The notes beneath the pieces were generated by a model. That model was not told the DNA's origin, ran no database searches, and saw only the letters and a program-made list of their open reading frames with translations. DNA of 64,000 nt, taken from assembly GCA_016712285.1 (NCBI GenBank), contig JADJRK010000001.1:2821188-2885187 (forward strand), in the 5' to 3' direction. Of this stretch, positions 18,592 through 28,277 are shown one piece after another; the stretch's first letter is position 1, and each line of letters starts with the position of its first letter. This stretch comes from Planctomycetota bacterium. GTDB taxonomy: Bacteria; Planctomycetota; UBA8742; UBA2392. Both the position numbers and the translations under genes were made by a program.

Positions 18592-19564
18592 ATGGAATAC
18601 GTGCTCATAGCGGTGCAGCTTGCCTTTGGCGTCCTGGGCCTTCACTTCGGGGCGAACTGGCTTGTTTCGGGCTCAAGCAAGCTGGCGCTGACGTTTGGCA
18701 TCAAGCCGCTGATCATCGGCCTGACCGTGGTGGCGATGGGCACCAGCGCGCCGGAGTTGACAGTAAGCCTGGGGGGCGCGTTCCAGGGAAAGACCGACCT
18801 TGCCGTGGGCAACGTGGTTGGCAGTAACATCGCCAACATCGGGTTGATCCTTGGGTTGTCAGCGGCAATCCGGCCGATGAAGATCCAGATTGAGCCGCTG
18901 AAGCGTGACCTGCCGTTCATGCTGTTTGCGGCGCTGTTGCTGGCTGGTTTGCCGTTCATCGGCGGGCCGGTCGAGACTGAAAACGGCGTCGCCTTCATGA
19001 TGGACCGCTGGAAGGGCGGCGTGCTGCTGGGCGCGATGGCGCTGTTCATGTGGCTGGCCTTTCGGGGGCGCGCGCGGCGGCGGCGAAGGCGAAACGCTGG
19101 AAAAACCCAAGGGCCGCGCCATGTTCATCGTGCTGACGCTGGTCGGCCTGGGCGTGCTGTTGATCGGCGGCACACTGTTCGTGGATGGCGCCGTAAGTTC
19201 CGCGAAGTTACTGGGCATTCCGGAGCTCGTGATCGGGCTGACGGTAGTCGCCGTCGGCACCAGCCTGCCTGAGCTTGCCACCGGGGTGATCGCGACGATC
19301 AAGGGCGAAAGCGACATCAGCCTGGGCAATGTCGTGGGCAGCAACATTTTCAACGTGTGCCTGGTGCTTGGGCTGGTGGCGGTGATTCACCCGCTGGCGA
19401 TTGACGTGCGCGTCATGCAGCTCGACATGATCGTGATGCTGTTTTTCAGCCTGTGGGTCACCAGCATGGCCTGGCGCGGCAAAGACCTTTCGCGCCTCGA
19501 GGGCATCTCGTTGCTGGGGGCCTACGTGCTGTACGTGGTCAACCTTTTCTTCGGCTGGGTGTGA
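18592..19564 (+). pseudogene. Na+/Ca2+ exchanger (CaCA/YrbG family) interrupted by a +1 frameshift at a C-G5 run near 19063-19068
   Basis: Track ORFs 18592..19272 and 19121..19564 each carry one CaCA alpha-repeat (GTSAPELTVS...GNVVGSNIANIGLILG and GTSLPELATG...GNVVGSNIFNVCLVLG); frame 1 degenerates into an Arg-rich tail after MWLAF while frame 2 continues as GGARGGGEGETLEKPKGRAMFIV. Confidence 0.65.
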
Positions 19565-19630
19565 GATTTGACGTAACATAAGGCCGGCCAGCCGCGTAGA
19601 GTCTGAAACGGACTTCTGTAGGAGGTTGCC

Positions 19631-21019
19631 ATGCGCTCATCGGGCTGGATTTTCGGGCTGTTGCTGATGATTCTCGCCTGCGGTTTGTCGTTCGGCGCAG
19701 GGTACTTCATCGCCAAGCAGGACGTGCCGCCCCCCGCACCGCAGATCGAAACCGCTGAGCTTACGCCGGCTGAAGCACAGCCCGGGCGCGACAAGGTCGT
19801 ACTGCCGCTCACGAACCAGCCCTCAATAGACCAACCCGAAGACACCGGCAACCTCAAGCCAGGGCCGGGCACGGATTCATCGACTGGCCAACCCGGCACC
19901 AAGCCGGACCAGCCACCCGTCGAAGCCGGTTCCAAGCCGGAAAGCACCAAACCAGCCGGCGACCCCAAGACCGCCGCAGAGGCCGCCGAGGCGATCAAAG
20001 AACTCGAGAAGAAGCTGAAAGAACTCGAGGGCCGCGACATTTTCGACCCAGAGGCCATGCTGAACGGCCCCAAAGTTGACTTCACGGCCACGATCACCGG
20101 CTCAGTCAGCGACACCGCCGGGCAGCCGGTCGCGGGCGCCGGCATCTATGGCGAATTCAGTGAAAACTACGGTGGCGGCGGCAACGTACTGCGCGTTTCG
20201 ATTGGCGGCGACGGCCAGGACGTCGGCGACCTGCTGACGACCACGGACTCGGGCGGGACCTTCCGCATCGACATCAACCGCAAGGTCAACGAAAAGGCCG
20301 GGCTGCACGTGGACTTGACGGCCAAGTCACAGGGCTACGCCGACAGCAAGACCATCGGCGTGTCGCTCAAGAATGGCGACACCAAGGAAGGCATCAAGCT
20401 GGCGCTGCGACAGGCCGGCAGCGTGGCTGGACGAGTGGTGGACCAGTCGGGCGCCGGTGTCGCCGGCATGCAGGTCAGCCTGGGCAGCGGAAGCCAGATG
20501 GGCGACCTGGGCCTTGAGATTGAAATGGGGGGCGCGGGCAGCAAGCTTTCCGCCACCACCGATGGCTCCGGCGAATATCGCATCGAGAACGTGCCCGAGG
20601 GCGACTATCGCCTGAAGTTGCGCGGTGCGGGCTACCGCGAAGTCAGCGGCCCCGCACAAATCAAGGTCAAGGCCGGCGCCGAAACCCGCGCAGCCGCCGA
20701 CTTCGTGGTCGCCATTACTTGCAGCGTGCGGCTGGTGGTGCAGGACGCGTCTGGGCAGCCGCTGCGGGCGTGGGTCACGCTCAACTTCAAGGATGCCGAG
20801 GGCAAGAGCGTCAAGAAGCTCAACGGCATGACTGACAGCGACGGCAATTTCAGCGCCAACGAGCCCCCAGTCGGCAACTTCAACGTCGAGGTGGCGGCCT
20901 GGGGCTACAAGCCTGAAACGGTGCCCGCCAACGTCATGGAAGGCCTGGCCTGCGACCTCGGGCGCCTGACACTGCAACCGTCTGAGACTAAGCCGGGGCC
21001 AGGCGACTCCGGCGAGTAA
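19631..21019 (+). CDS. membrane-anchored protein with carboxypeptidase-regulatory-like beta-sandwich domains
   Basis: N-terminal TM anchor, Pro/Gly-rich linker, then repeats of the GxVxDxxGxPVAGAxV type. Confidence 0.55.
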   Translation: MRSSGWIFGLLLMILACGLSFGAGYFIAKQDVPPPAPQIETAELTPAEAQPGRDKVVLPLTNQPSIDQPEDTGNLKPGPGTDSSTGQPGTKPDQPPVEAGSKPESTKPAGDPKTAAEAAEAIKELEKKLKELEGRDIFDPEAMLNGPKVDFTATITGSVSDTAGQPVAGAGIYGEFSENYGGGGNVLRVSIGGDGQDVGDLLTTTDSGGTFRIDINRKVNEKAGLHVDLTAKSQGYADSKTIGVSLKNGDTKEGIKLALRQAGSVAGRVVDQSGAGVAGMQVSLGSGSQMGDLGLEIEMGGAGSKLSATTDGSGEYRIENVPEGDYRLKLRGAGYREVSGPAQIKVKAGAETRAAADFVVAITCSVRLVVQDASGQPLRAWVTLNFKDAEGKSVKKLNGMTDSDGNFSANEPPVGNFNVEVAAWGYKPETVPANVMEGLACDLGRLTLQPSETKPGPGDSGE

Positions 21020-21093
21020 GTGATTTTTGTGGTTTCGAAGGAACCCTCGCCCCGGCTGTGGCATCCTATGGGCAGTCGCTACCGGAGGATGCC

Positions 21094-22341
21094 ATGTCTG
21101 TTTCGCGTCTCGTGTTGCCCGCGCTGGCCCTGACATCGTTGATCGCATCCGCCGTGGTGGCCACGGCCCAGGATCGCGCAGAAGCGGAGTTTCCTCGCCC
21201 TCGAGTAAAGGAAGCCGCCCGAGAAGAAACTGACCCGGCACGCAAGGTCGCACCGGTCACGCTGAAGGTGTACGAGTGGGGCGTAGCCACCGAGAACTGG
21301 GACGGCAGCGCCGAGCCGCCGGAAGACGTGCCGGTGTTCTATTGGCAGGCGGAACAGATCCCGCTTGAGCCCGCGCCGGCCAAACCGCAGCCGCAGGACA
21401 AGCCCGTCCGGCCCATCACCAAACGCAAGCCCGTGCTGTACTTTGAATGCACACAGGACCTTACGTTTGACCTCGACATCAGGTTCACGTGCGGCGTGCC
21501 GACGTGGCACTATCCAAAGGCAAACCGCCGTACCGACGCAGCCACTTTGCAGTGGGACAACATCAAGTTGACCAGCGACCTGACGCCGCGGGACAAGTCG
21601 CTGCCGCCGCCGAAACTCCGCGAAGTTGCTGACCGGCACTGGGCCAACTTCAGTCGCGAAGGCTCGACCAGCTATCTTGAAGTGAACGGCGAAGCCGAGC
21701 GCTTTCTGTTCTACGAAGGCAGCGCCTCGTACCTGCCCGAGTCAGACGTGTTCGTGAAAGACGGCAAGCTGGTGGTGCGCAACTTCACCGCCGAGCCGTT
21801 TCTGGACCTGCGCGTGTGCGTCAAGCTTGAGGGCAAGGTCGTGCGCCTGCACGCCGACAATGTCCCCGCGGCATCGGGCGACACGCCGGGCGAAGTCACG
21901 CTGGACCCCGCGGCCAGCGTTGCCACCTTCGGGCCCGCGGGCACGCTGACCACGGAAACCGGCAAGGCTGGACTCACCGAGGCGCAGGCCAAGGTGTTCG
22001 AGCGCTGCTGGAACACAGAGCTGCTTGAGCAAGAGGGCACCCTTTCATGGCGTCGCACGGGCAAAGCGCTGGACGACCTGATGCAGCTCAAGCTCACGCT
22101 GCCGGCTGGCATTGCCAGCGAAACGCACCGCGTCGGCTACGTGCAGGTGCGTGGTGTTGATCTTGCCAAGATCGCAGACTACGACGCGCTCGTGACCAGC
22201 TATCTGGGCGGCGACGACGAGACCCTGAAGAAGCTGAAGGGAACAGCCGGCGCTGGTGCGCTACGCCGCGCCATGCTCGACACAGAACGGCCGCTGAAAG
22301 ACCGCATCACCTTGGCCAAGGCGTTGAGTCTCATCAAGTAG
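21094..22341 (+). CDS. secreted hypothetical protein
   Basis: Track ORF 21058..22341; ATG 21094 preceded by GGAGGA; signal peptide MSVSRLVLPALALTSLIASAVVATAQ; no motif recognised. Confidence 0.55.
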   Translation: MSVSRLVLPALALTSLIASAVVATAQDRAEAEFPRPRVKEAAREETDPARKVAPVTLKVYEWGVATENWDGSAEPPEDVPVFYWQAEQIPLEPAPAKPQPQDKPVRPITKRKPVLYFECTQDLTFDLDIRFTCGVPTWHYPKANRRTDAATLQWDNIKLTSDLTPRDKSLPPPKLREVADRHWANFSREGSTSYLEVNGEAERFLFYEGSASYLPESDVFVKDGKLVVRNFTAEPFLDLRVCVKLEGKVVRLHADNVPAASGDTPGEVTLDPAASVATFGPAGTLTTETGKAGLTEAQAKVFERCWNTELLEQEGTLSWRRTGKALDDLMQLKLTLPAGIASETHRVGYVQVRGVDLAKIADYDALVTSYLGGDDETLKKLKGTAGAGALRRAMLDTERPLKDRITLAKALSLIK

Positions 22342-22391
22342 GGCACAACATTGTCGGACCATGACGTCCAGCGCCGCATGCGGCACGGAGG

Positions 22392-23420
22392 TTATGTTGG
22401 CCCTGTGTTCGATTGCGCTCGTTTCAGCCACCTTCTGATGAACGCAGGCGCGGCTGCCAGTTTCTCTGCGTTGTCCGGCGGCAGGGGCGCGCTGCTTTTT
22501 GTGCACCAGAACAGCTTGGGCCCGGGCAGGTCGATGAAGTCCAGCAGCGCCGCGCCCGACTTGGCGGCGTACGTCGTGTCCAGCGGCGGTGCCGAAAGCT
22601 CGCGAAACTTCGCGGCAGCCAGCAGACCGGCCCTGGTGATGCGGGCGTAGCCCCAGCCGAAGTAACGGGTGTGCAGGCGCAGCCGGCTTGGGTCAATCTC
22701 GACGGTCGGGCCGCCTCGCGCCGGTATCTCGCGGGCCGTGGCCCGGGCCAGCCGCAGAATCATGCCGCGAGAGGTAATCGGCCACGGCGTCACCCGCACA
22801 GCATGCACGAGCGGAAGCGACCACGGCCACGCCTCAACCTTGCGCGCCAATGCCAGGCCGGTAAGCAAGCCGGCAGTAGTACAGGTGCTGCCCACAGCCA
22901 GCACGATGTGCGCCGGCGGCGGCATCTTTCCCGCGTGCACCTGCTCGGCCAGTTCCAGAGCGGCGCCGACGTGACCCAGCGCGCCCAGGGGCACGGCACC
23001 GCCGGGGGTGATCAGGTACTCGGCTGCGTGGGCACGGCTTCGCGCCCACCAGTGCGCCGGAAAGGTGGCAATGCTGCGCAGGGGAACTACTCGGTCACCG
23101 TGGCTGATGATGGCGCGAAGATTCTCGGCGGCGGCGGCTGTGGCGCGCTGCGGGAACAACACCGTGCCCGTGGCCAGGGGCAGCTCGCGCGCATGCAGGA
23201 TCAGTGCCAGTGCCTGGTTGCTGCCGAAGGCGCCCAGGGTCCACACGCGTTTAGCCTTGCGCGCCAGTGCGTCTGCGACCAGCGTCTCGAGCGTGCGCAG
23301 CTTGTTGCCGCCGTACAGCGGCGAGCTTGCATCTTCGCGTTTCAGCCAGACATCTCCCAGGGCGGGCAGCGGCTCAACGGCAGTGGGATAGTCGCCCAGG
23401 CGAACGTGTGGCACGTCCAT
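22392..23420 (-). CDS. PLP-dependent enzyme of the ACC deaminase / D-cysteine desulfhydrase family
   Basis: Track ORF 22392..23564; family-like N-terminus from ATG 23420 (PTAVEPLP...WLKREDASSPLYGGNKLRTLE) with SN and glycine-rich PLP-fold motifs. Confidence 0.7.
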   Translation of the reverse strand: MDVPHVRLGDYPTAVEPLPALGDVWLKREDASSPLYGGNKLRTLETLVADALARKAKRVWTLGAFGSNQALALILHARELPLATGTVLFPQRATAAAAENLRAIISHGDRVVPLRSIATFPAHWWARSRAHAAEYLITPGGAVPLGALGHVGAALELAEQVHAGKMPPPAHIVLAVGSTCTTAGLLTGLALARKVEAWPWSLPLVHAVRVTPWPITSRGMILRLARATAREIPARGGPTVEIDPSRLRLHTRYFGWGYARITRAGLLAAAKFRELSAPPLDTTYAAKSGAALLDFIDLPGPKLFWCTKSSAPLPPDNAEKLAAAPAFIRRWLKRAQSNTGPT

Positions 23421-23500
23421 GTTGGGCAGTGTGCGCAGCAGCGCAAACTCGTGGGGCAGGGCAATACAGGCTTCATTGCCGAGTTCGTGGCCGGCTTCGT

Positions 23501-23818
23501 TCACCAGCCCATCATGCCAATCATCCAGACAAGCGCACCGCACAGTGCGGGCACCGCCAGCCACGACGCCAGCAGGTAGTTTGGTGCCAGCGGGGTCTGG
23601 TGGCGGGCCAGCACCACGACGCGTTTCCCGCGGCGGTACTCCACCGGCTCAGGGTAGGGCCGGACGCTGCCAGCCGGCGGGAGGTTCAGCAGCAGTTCGT
23701 CGCTTGGGCGGCGTATCGGCCCGCCCTTGGCAACGCGCGGCGCGCGGGCCACGAAGTAGCCCTGGAACGTATCCAAGTCCGACGAGTCGGCTGGCATGTC
23801 GAGGAAGCAATACGCCAT
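23501..23818 (-). CDS. small hypothetical protein with C-terminal TM helix (doubtful)
   Basis: Part of track ORF 23501..23863 from ATG 23818 (MAYCFLD); hydrophobic C-terminus; could be a non-coding divergent promoter region instead. Confidence 0.3.
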   Translation of the reverse strand: MAYCFLDMPADSSDLDTFQGYFVARAPRVAKGGPIRRPSDELLLNLPPAGSVRPYPEPVEYRRGKRVVVLARHQTPLAPNYLLASWLAVPALCGALVWMIGMMGW

Positions 23819-23951
23819 TAGTGACCTCAACCCCAGTTTCCCACATGAAGTCCCCGCCGCCAAATGGATTCGCGTTGGAACATGAACAGTGTTCAGCCCT
23901 TACGAATCTGACGCTATCATGGGCCGATCGATTGGCAGAAACGAGGGCGTG

Positions 23952-24440
23952 ATGTCGGCGGAATTGACTCTTCTGTTTCTAGAAAAGCGCGTGGAAGCCT
24001 CGCGGCTTTGCGCCTCTATCACCGAACCGTTTGCCACGGGCAGCGAGCCCGTGAAGCCGCAGCAACTGGCCGATGACTACGAACAGGTCTGCCAGGAGCT
24101 TGAGGGCACCTACGAAGACCTCAAGAAGCTCAACGACGGCTTGCTGAAAGACAAGACGCTGGAAGCGGGCGACATTCGGCATCTGCGTGGGCGCATTGCC
24201 ACGGCAGTGACTGAGGTGGCGCGTGCCGCGCAGGATATGGCGGCGCAGATCAGGTTTTTCGAAGCCATGAACCCCAACGATGCCGCGACCACCAAGCCCG
24301 CGCTGGACCACTTTGACCGCATCGATAAGTCTACGCGCGAATTCACGGTACCCGACGAGCCCGAAGACGGAGCCGAGCTGGCCCCCGCCGAAGACACCGG
24401 CATGGCCCACGAAGAAGACGTCGACCCGATGATGATGTAG
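23952..24440 (+). CDS. hypothetical protein, acidic and helical (cassette gene 1)
   Basis: Track ORF 23889..24440; start at ATG 23952 (MSAELTL); first gene of a tightly packed four-gene + strand cassette. Confidence 0.45.
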   Translation: MSAELTLLFLEKRVEASRLCASITEPFATGSEPVKPQQLADDYEQVCQELEGTYEDLKKLNDGLLKDKTLEAGDIRHLRGRIATAVTEVARAAQDMAAQIRFFEAMNPNDAATTKPALDHFDRIDKSTREFTVPDEPEDGAELAPAEDTGMAHEEDVDPMMM

Positions 24441-24446
24441 GCGGTA

Positions 24447-24884
24447 ATGCGCATGATGGCACATCCCATAATCCAGGCGGTGCTTCTATGCGACGGTGCG
24501 TGGAAAGTCGGCGACAAGTGGACGATTCAGGGCATTTTCAATCGGATTACGAGCAAGGCATATCCATCGCTGTTTCCGAAGTTTTTCATCTATGTAAATC
24601 TTGTGGAGTTGATGATCCGGAACGGCACCAGTTTGGCGGTAGAGATCCGACATTCCTCACTGGAGGAGATTGAATCGCCATCGGGCCCGGTCTTTCGAGG
24701 CACCATGGACTTCTCCCTGGGCGGCGAGCCGGGTACAATGGTCGGGCCGGTGGGGTTTGATTTTGCAGTGCCGGTAGACGAAGTCGAGTTTCCCCACGCT
24801 GGCACCTATGACCTAGTGTTTCTTGCCGGAGACACGCTCTTAGGGTTATGGACTTTGCGGGCAGAAGTGGTGAAGCCAGAATGA
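24447..24884 (+). CDS. hypothetical protein (cassette gene 2)
   Basis: 145-aa ORF in the lowest-GC part of the cassette (about 54% by eye); stop overlaps the next start as ATGA (24881-24884). Confidence 0.5.
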   Translation: MRMMAHPIIQAVLLCDGAWKVGDKWTIQGIFNRITSKAYPSLFPKFFIYVNLVELMIRNGTSLAVEIRHSSLEEIESPSGPVFRGTMDFSLGGEPGTMVGPVGFDFAVPVDEVEFPHAGTYDLVFLAGDTLLGLWTLRAEVVKPE

Positions 24885-25138
24885 AGCCAAAGGAAGTCCA
24901 AGTATCTGAGGCTATCGCGACGCCGGCCTTTCATGCCCGTGTGGTTGTGACGGCTGAGTCCAACCCCGCGCGCGACGTTCTTTCAGCGGCCCAGCGCGCT
25001 GCGATACGGGTTGAGGCTGAGCGGCTTCTGCGCGAGAGAAACAATGCGCGCTTTCGCGCGCTGCGCGAGAGGGAAGAGTCGGAATCCGACCAGTCATCGT
25101 CACGCCTGTATCGCCGAGAGGCTCTGAACCTGGACTAA
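24881..25138 (+). CDS. small basic protein, candidate antitoxin (cassette gene 3)
   Basis: Part of track ORF 24848..25138 from ATG 24881; 85 aa, Arg-rich helical; ends 8 nt before the MazF/PemK-like ORF. Confidence 0.4.
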   Translation: MKPKEVQVSEAIATPAFHARVVVTAESNPARDVLSAAQRAAIRVEAERLLRERNNARFRALREREESESDQSSSRLYRREALNLD

Positions 25139-25146
25139 CACCTGCA

Positions 25147-25497
25147 ATGGCGCGACTTCGTAAGGGCGACGTAGTCTGGTTCAGCTTTCCCCGCGTAGTT
25201 CCGCCCGGAGCCGACGCTGCCACCAAGACCGAAGACATGCGTCCCGCACTGGTGCTGCAGACCATCGGTGTCAACGTAGTCGTCGGCATGCTCACCACCA
25301 AGGACTACACCGACCAAGGTGCGCTGAAACTTACCCCCGCCGACTATGCCGCTGGGGGATCCGACGAAGTCAGCTTTTTCCGCCCTGATCGCCTCTGGAC
25401 AGATCATGAAGATTGGGCGGAAAGCTGGGTAGGGCGTCTGCAAAGCCAGAAGCTGACGCAGTGCTACGACGCGATCGATCGCTTCCTCCGTTCCTGA
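25147..25497 (+). CDS. MazF/PemK-family toxin-like protein (cassette gene 4)
   Basis: 116 aa; RKGDVVWFSFP, RPALVLQ and a Thr/Lys-rich loop match the spacing of the PemK/MazF fold (compare GDVYFADL...RPVLVIQ in EndoA); family call from motif pattern only. Confidence 0.6.
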   Translation: MARLRKGDVVWFSFPRVVPPGADAATKTEDMRPALVLQTIGVNVVVGMLTTKDYTDQGALKLTPADYAAGGSDEVSFFRPDRLWTDHEDWAESWVGRLQSQKLTQCYDAIDRFLRS

Positions 25498-25554
25498 CTT
25501 TCCGACACGAATCCACATCGCCCGCGCTGGCGCTGCGGCTGCTATGTTCGCGCC

Positions 25555-26496
25555 ATGCCCAACTACTTCTCTCGAGCAAAAATCTATGTCGTCGGCCGGC
25601 AGGTGATGCCCCCCGACGAAGTGCAGCGCTTTCTGGATGACGAGGGCGCGCTTTGGCAGACCGACACCGACAACCCCGCCCAGCGCATCCCCGAGCTTGC
25701 GGGCCGCATCTGCTACATGAGCTTTGGCGACAAGCAGGGCCGCAAAGACAACGCCAGCTACCTCGGCCACATCCTGCAAGTCGGCCACGGCAGCGTCCTT
25801 GAGCACACCGTCTTCAGCCTGGTGTTCACCGGCATCTCGCGCAGCCTGACCCATGAGCTGATTCGCCACCGCGCCGGCTTTGGCTACAGCCAGCTTTCAC
25901 AGCGCTACGTCGATGAGTCTGAGGCCAACTTTATCGTGCCGCCGGCGCTGCAGGGTGACGCCGCGCTGGAAGCAAAGCTGCGCGAGTTCTGCGACGTCAG
26001 CCTGAAGGTCTACGGTGAGCTGACAGACGCGCTGGCCGAAAAATACGCGACGCCGCACGGGCTGGTGGACTTCGCCCTGCGGGAAGAGATGCTCACTGAG
26101 GGGGAAACCGGAAAGTTCTCGCTCAGTGAGCCCGTCGCGGGCCGCAACGCGCTCAGCGTTGACGCGTGGCGCAAGTTCGTCGCCGACGACGCCGATGCCG
26201 CCAAGGCCTTCAAGAAGCTGACCGTGCGTGCCCGCCGCAAGGCTGCGCGCGAAGCCGCCCGCGCCGTGCTGCCCAACGCCACCGAAACCAAGATCTTCGT
26301 GACCGGCAACGCGCGCGCCTGGCGCCACTTCATCGAGCTGCGCGGCGACATTCACGCCGAGGCCGAGATTCGCGCGCTGGCATGCGACGTCTGCCGCCTG
26401 CTGCTGAAAGAAGCACCGAACCTGTTCGGCGATTACGAAGTGGTCAAGCTCGGCGACGGCAGCGAACGCACGCGCACCAAGCACCGCAAGGTCTAA
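25555..26496 (+). CDS. thyX: FAD-dependent thymidylate synthase
   Basis: ThyX signature RHRxxxxxS (THELIRHRAGFGYSQLSQRY) and overall ThyX-like sequence. Confidence 0.85.
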   Translation: MPNYFSRAKIYVVGRQVMPPDEVQRFLDDEGALWQTDTDNPAQRIPELAGRICYMSFGDKQGRKDNASYLGHILQVGHGSVLEHTVFSLVFTGISRSLTHELIRHRAGFGYSQLSQRYVDESEANFIVPPALQGDAALEAKLREFCDVSLKVYGELTDALAEKYATPHGLVDFALREEMLTEGETGKFSLSEPVAGRNALSVDAWRKFVADDADAAKAFKKLTVRARRKAAREAARAVLPNATETKIFVTGNARAWRHFIELRGDIHAEAEIRALACDVCRLLLKEAPNLFGDYEVVKLGDGSERTRTKHRKV

Positions 26497-26695
26497 GAGG
26501 CTGATTCAAAAACCTCTCGCGGACCGGTTTGGGCGGGGCACTTCGCATCTCTGCGTCGCGCTCCCTGCGCCATATCACCAGGATATGGCTCAGTCGCGCG
26601 CCTTGATCTGCTCGCGCCGCGCTCCAAACCGGCCTCGCTCAGGGTTCTGAAACAGCCTCTAAGCGCGAAAACGTAATTTGGGCCTGCACATCGCC

Positions 26696-27109
26696 ATGAC
26701 CAAAGTAGTATTGGGTGGCAGGCCGCGCCGCGGGCGCGAAACAGGAGACCGGACCATCGACACCCTTGAAGCCGCGCGCATCGCATATGCCGCATGCGCT
26801 GAGAAACGAGCCACCGATATCCGCATCCTCGAAGTCCGGGGGCTCACCATTGTCGCCGATTATTTCGTCATCTGCACCGCCAGCAGCTCGGTGAACGCCA
26901 AGGCCATCGCCGACGAAGTACGCGACCAGTTGAAACTGCGCGGCAAACGCACGCCCATCGGCATTGAAGGCCGCGAAAGCGGCTGGTGGGTGCTGGTGGA
27001 CTTCGGCGACCTGATTGTCCACGTCTTCCAGTCCGATGCGCGCGAGTACTACGGCATCGACGAAACCTGGGCAGATGCCCGCGTCGTCGAACAGTCGGAA
27101 GCCGCCTAG
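26696..27109 (+). CDS. rsfS: ribosome silencing factor RsfS (Iojap-like)
   Basis: Track ORF 26678..27109; conserved core ADYFVICTASSSVNAKAIADEV...WVLVDFGDLIVHVF typical of RsfS. Confidence 0.8.
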   Translation: MTKVVLGGRPRRGRETGDRTIDTLEAARIAYAACAEKRATDIRILEVRGLTIVADYFVICTASSSVNAKAIADEVRDQLKLRGKRTPIGIEGRESGWWVLVDFGDLIVHVFQSDAREYYGIDETWADARVVEQSEAA

Positions 27110-27140
27110 GCCAGCCCCAAAACCCCGTATTTCGCCCTGA

Positions 27141-28025
27141 ATGCGCACTTTTGCTGAAGTGTTTGATGCCTATTTGACGTTTAAAGTAATGCAGGCGGAG
27201 GCGAATGTGGCGCCCGACTTGAACATCTCGCACCATGACGTCATCCGCGCGCTCCGGATCTACTGGCGCCATGCCTGGCCTGCTGGATCGGGCATCTGCC
27301 CGGTGCTGCCGGACTGGTCTGACCTGTCGCTACCCGAAGTGCTCAACCGCTTTGCTGATGAAACCGGCCGCACGGCACATGCCTGCCGCCGGTTTGTGCT
27401 TCGGCTTGGCAACTACCTGTACCCGCACATGAAGTTCGCCATTGAGCAGTGCGTGTACGGCGGCGGCTTCTACTTTCTGGCCGACTGCCACGACGACGCC
27501 GGCGCACCCCGCGCCGAAGACAGCGGCCAGTGGCAGGTTCTGCGCACACGCAACTTCGAGATCAAGCTGGCGATTGAAGCCGGCTGGGAAGACGCCTCAC
27601 TGCCCACATTTCGAACCACCAGCGAAGCCGCCACCGGCACCTTCAAGCGCCCCGGCACGGATCACCGGCGCATCTTGATTGTCGACGACGAGCCCGCCAA
27701 CGCCGCGTTGACCGACGCCATGCTGCGCGCCGAGGGATTTGGCACTGAAACCGCCGCCAGCGGCGCCGACGCACTGCACCGCGTGAATGAGCAAAAACCC
27801 GACCTGGTAGTCTCAGACTACGAAATGCCCGGCTTGACCGGCCGCGATGTCGCACGGCGCCTCAAAGCCGACAAGGACACGCGGCAGATCCCGGTACTGA
27901 TCTGTACGTATGCCGACGTCTCGGAAGCCGACCTTCGACCTGCCGACGCCCTGTTGCGCCGGCCTTTTTCTCGCGAAGACCTGAGCGCCGCCGTCGGTCG
28001 CCTGCTGGGCCGGAGGGTTTCGTGA
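27141..28025 (+). CDS. response regulator with C-terminal receiver domain and N-terminal domain of unknown function
   Basis: C-terminal REC motifs (RILIVDDEP, phospho-acceptor in DLVVSDYEMPGLTG, KADKDTRQIPVLICT); N-terminal about 160 aa has no recognised motif. Confidence 0.7.
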   Translation: MRTFAEVFDAYLTFKVMQAEANVAPDLNISHHDVIRALRIYWRHAWPAGSGICPVLPDWSDLSLPEVLNRFADETGRTAHACRRFVLRLGNYLYPHMKFAIEQCVYGGGFYFLADCHDDAGAPRAEDSGQWQVLRTRNFEIKLAIEAGWEDASLPTFRTTSEAATGTFKRPGTDHRRILIVDDEPANAALTDAMLRAEGFGTETAASGADALHRVNEQKPDLVVSDYEMPGLTGRDVARRLKADKDTRQIPVLICTYADVSEADLRPADALLRRPFSREDLSAAVGRLLGRRVS

Positions 28026-28240
28026 GCGAGCCGCCCCTGCGCATTTCCCGCCCGTTGCGCTACACGATCATCTGCGCCGGTTGCCGCGGCGAAGTCGAGA
28101 TCTGCCCCGACGAACTGGATGAGAAGCTGGCAGTCTGCCCCAAGTGCAACCTGCCCAACCGGACGCCCGTGTTCGCGCTGCTGTCGGGCCGCCGCCGCGC
28201 GACGATTGACGAGACCGGGCAAGACGACCTCAAGGAATAG
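28022..28240 (+). CDS. small zinc-ribbon protein (CxxC...CxxC)
   Basis: 72-aa ORF with GTG start overlapping the response-regulator stop (GTGA); two Cys pairs (CAGC, CPKC). Confidence 0.4.
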   Translation: MSEPPLRISRPLRYTIICAGCRGEVEICPDELDEKLAVCPKCNLPNRTPVFALLSGRRRATIDETGQDDLKE

Positions 28241-28277
28241 GCCCCGCGCTGCCGACAGGATGCACTGAGGCAGCGCC

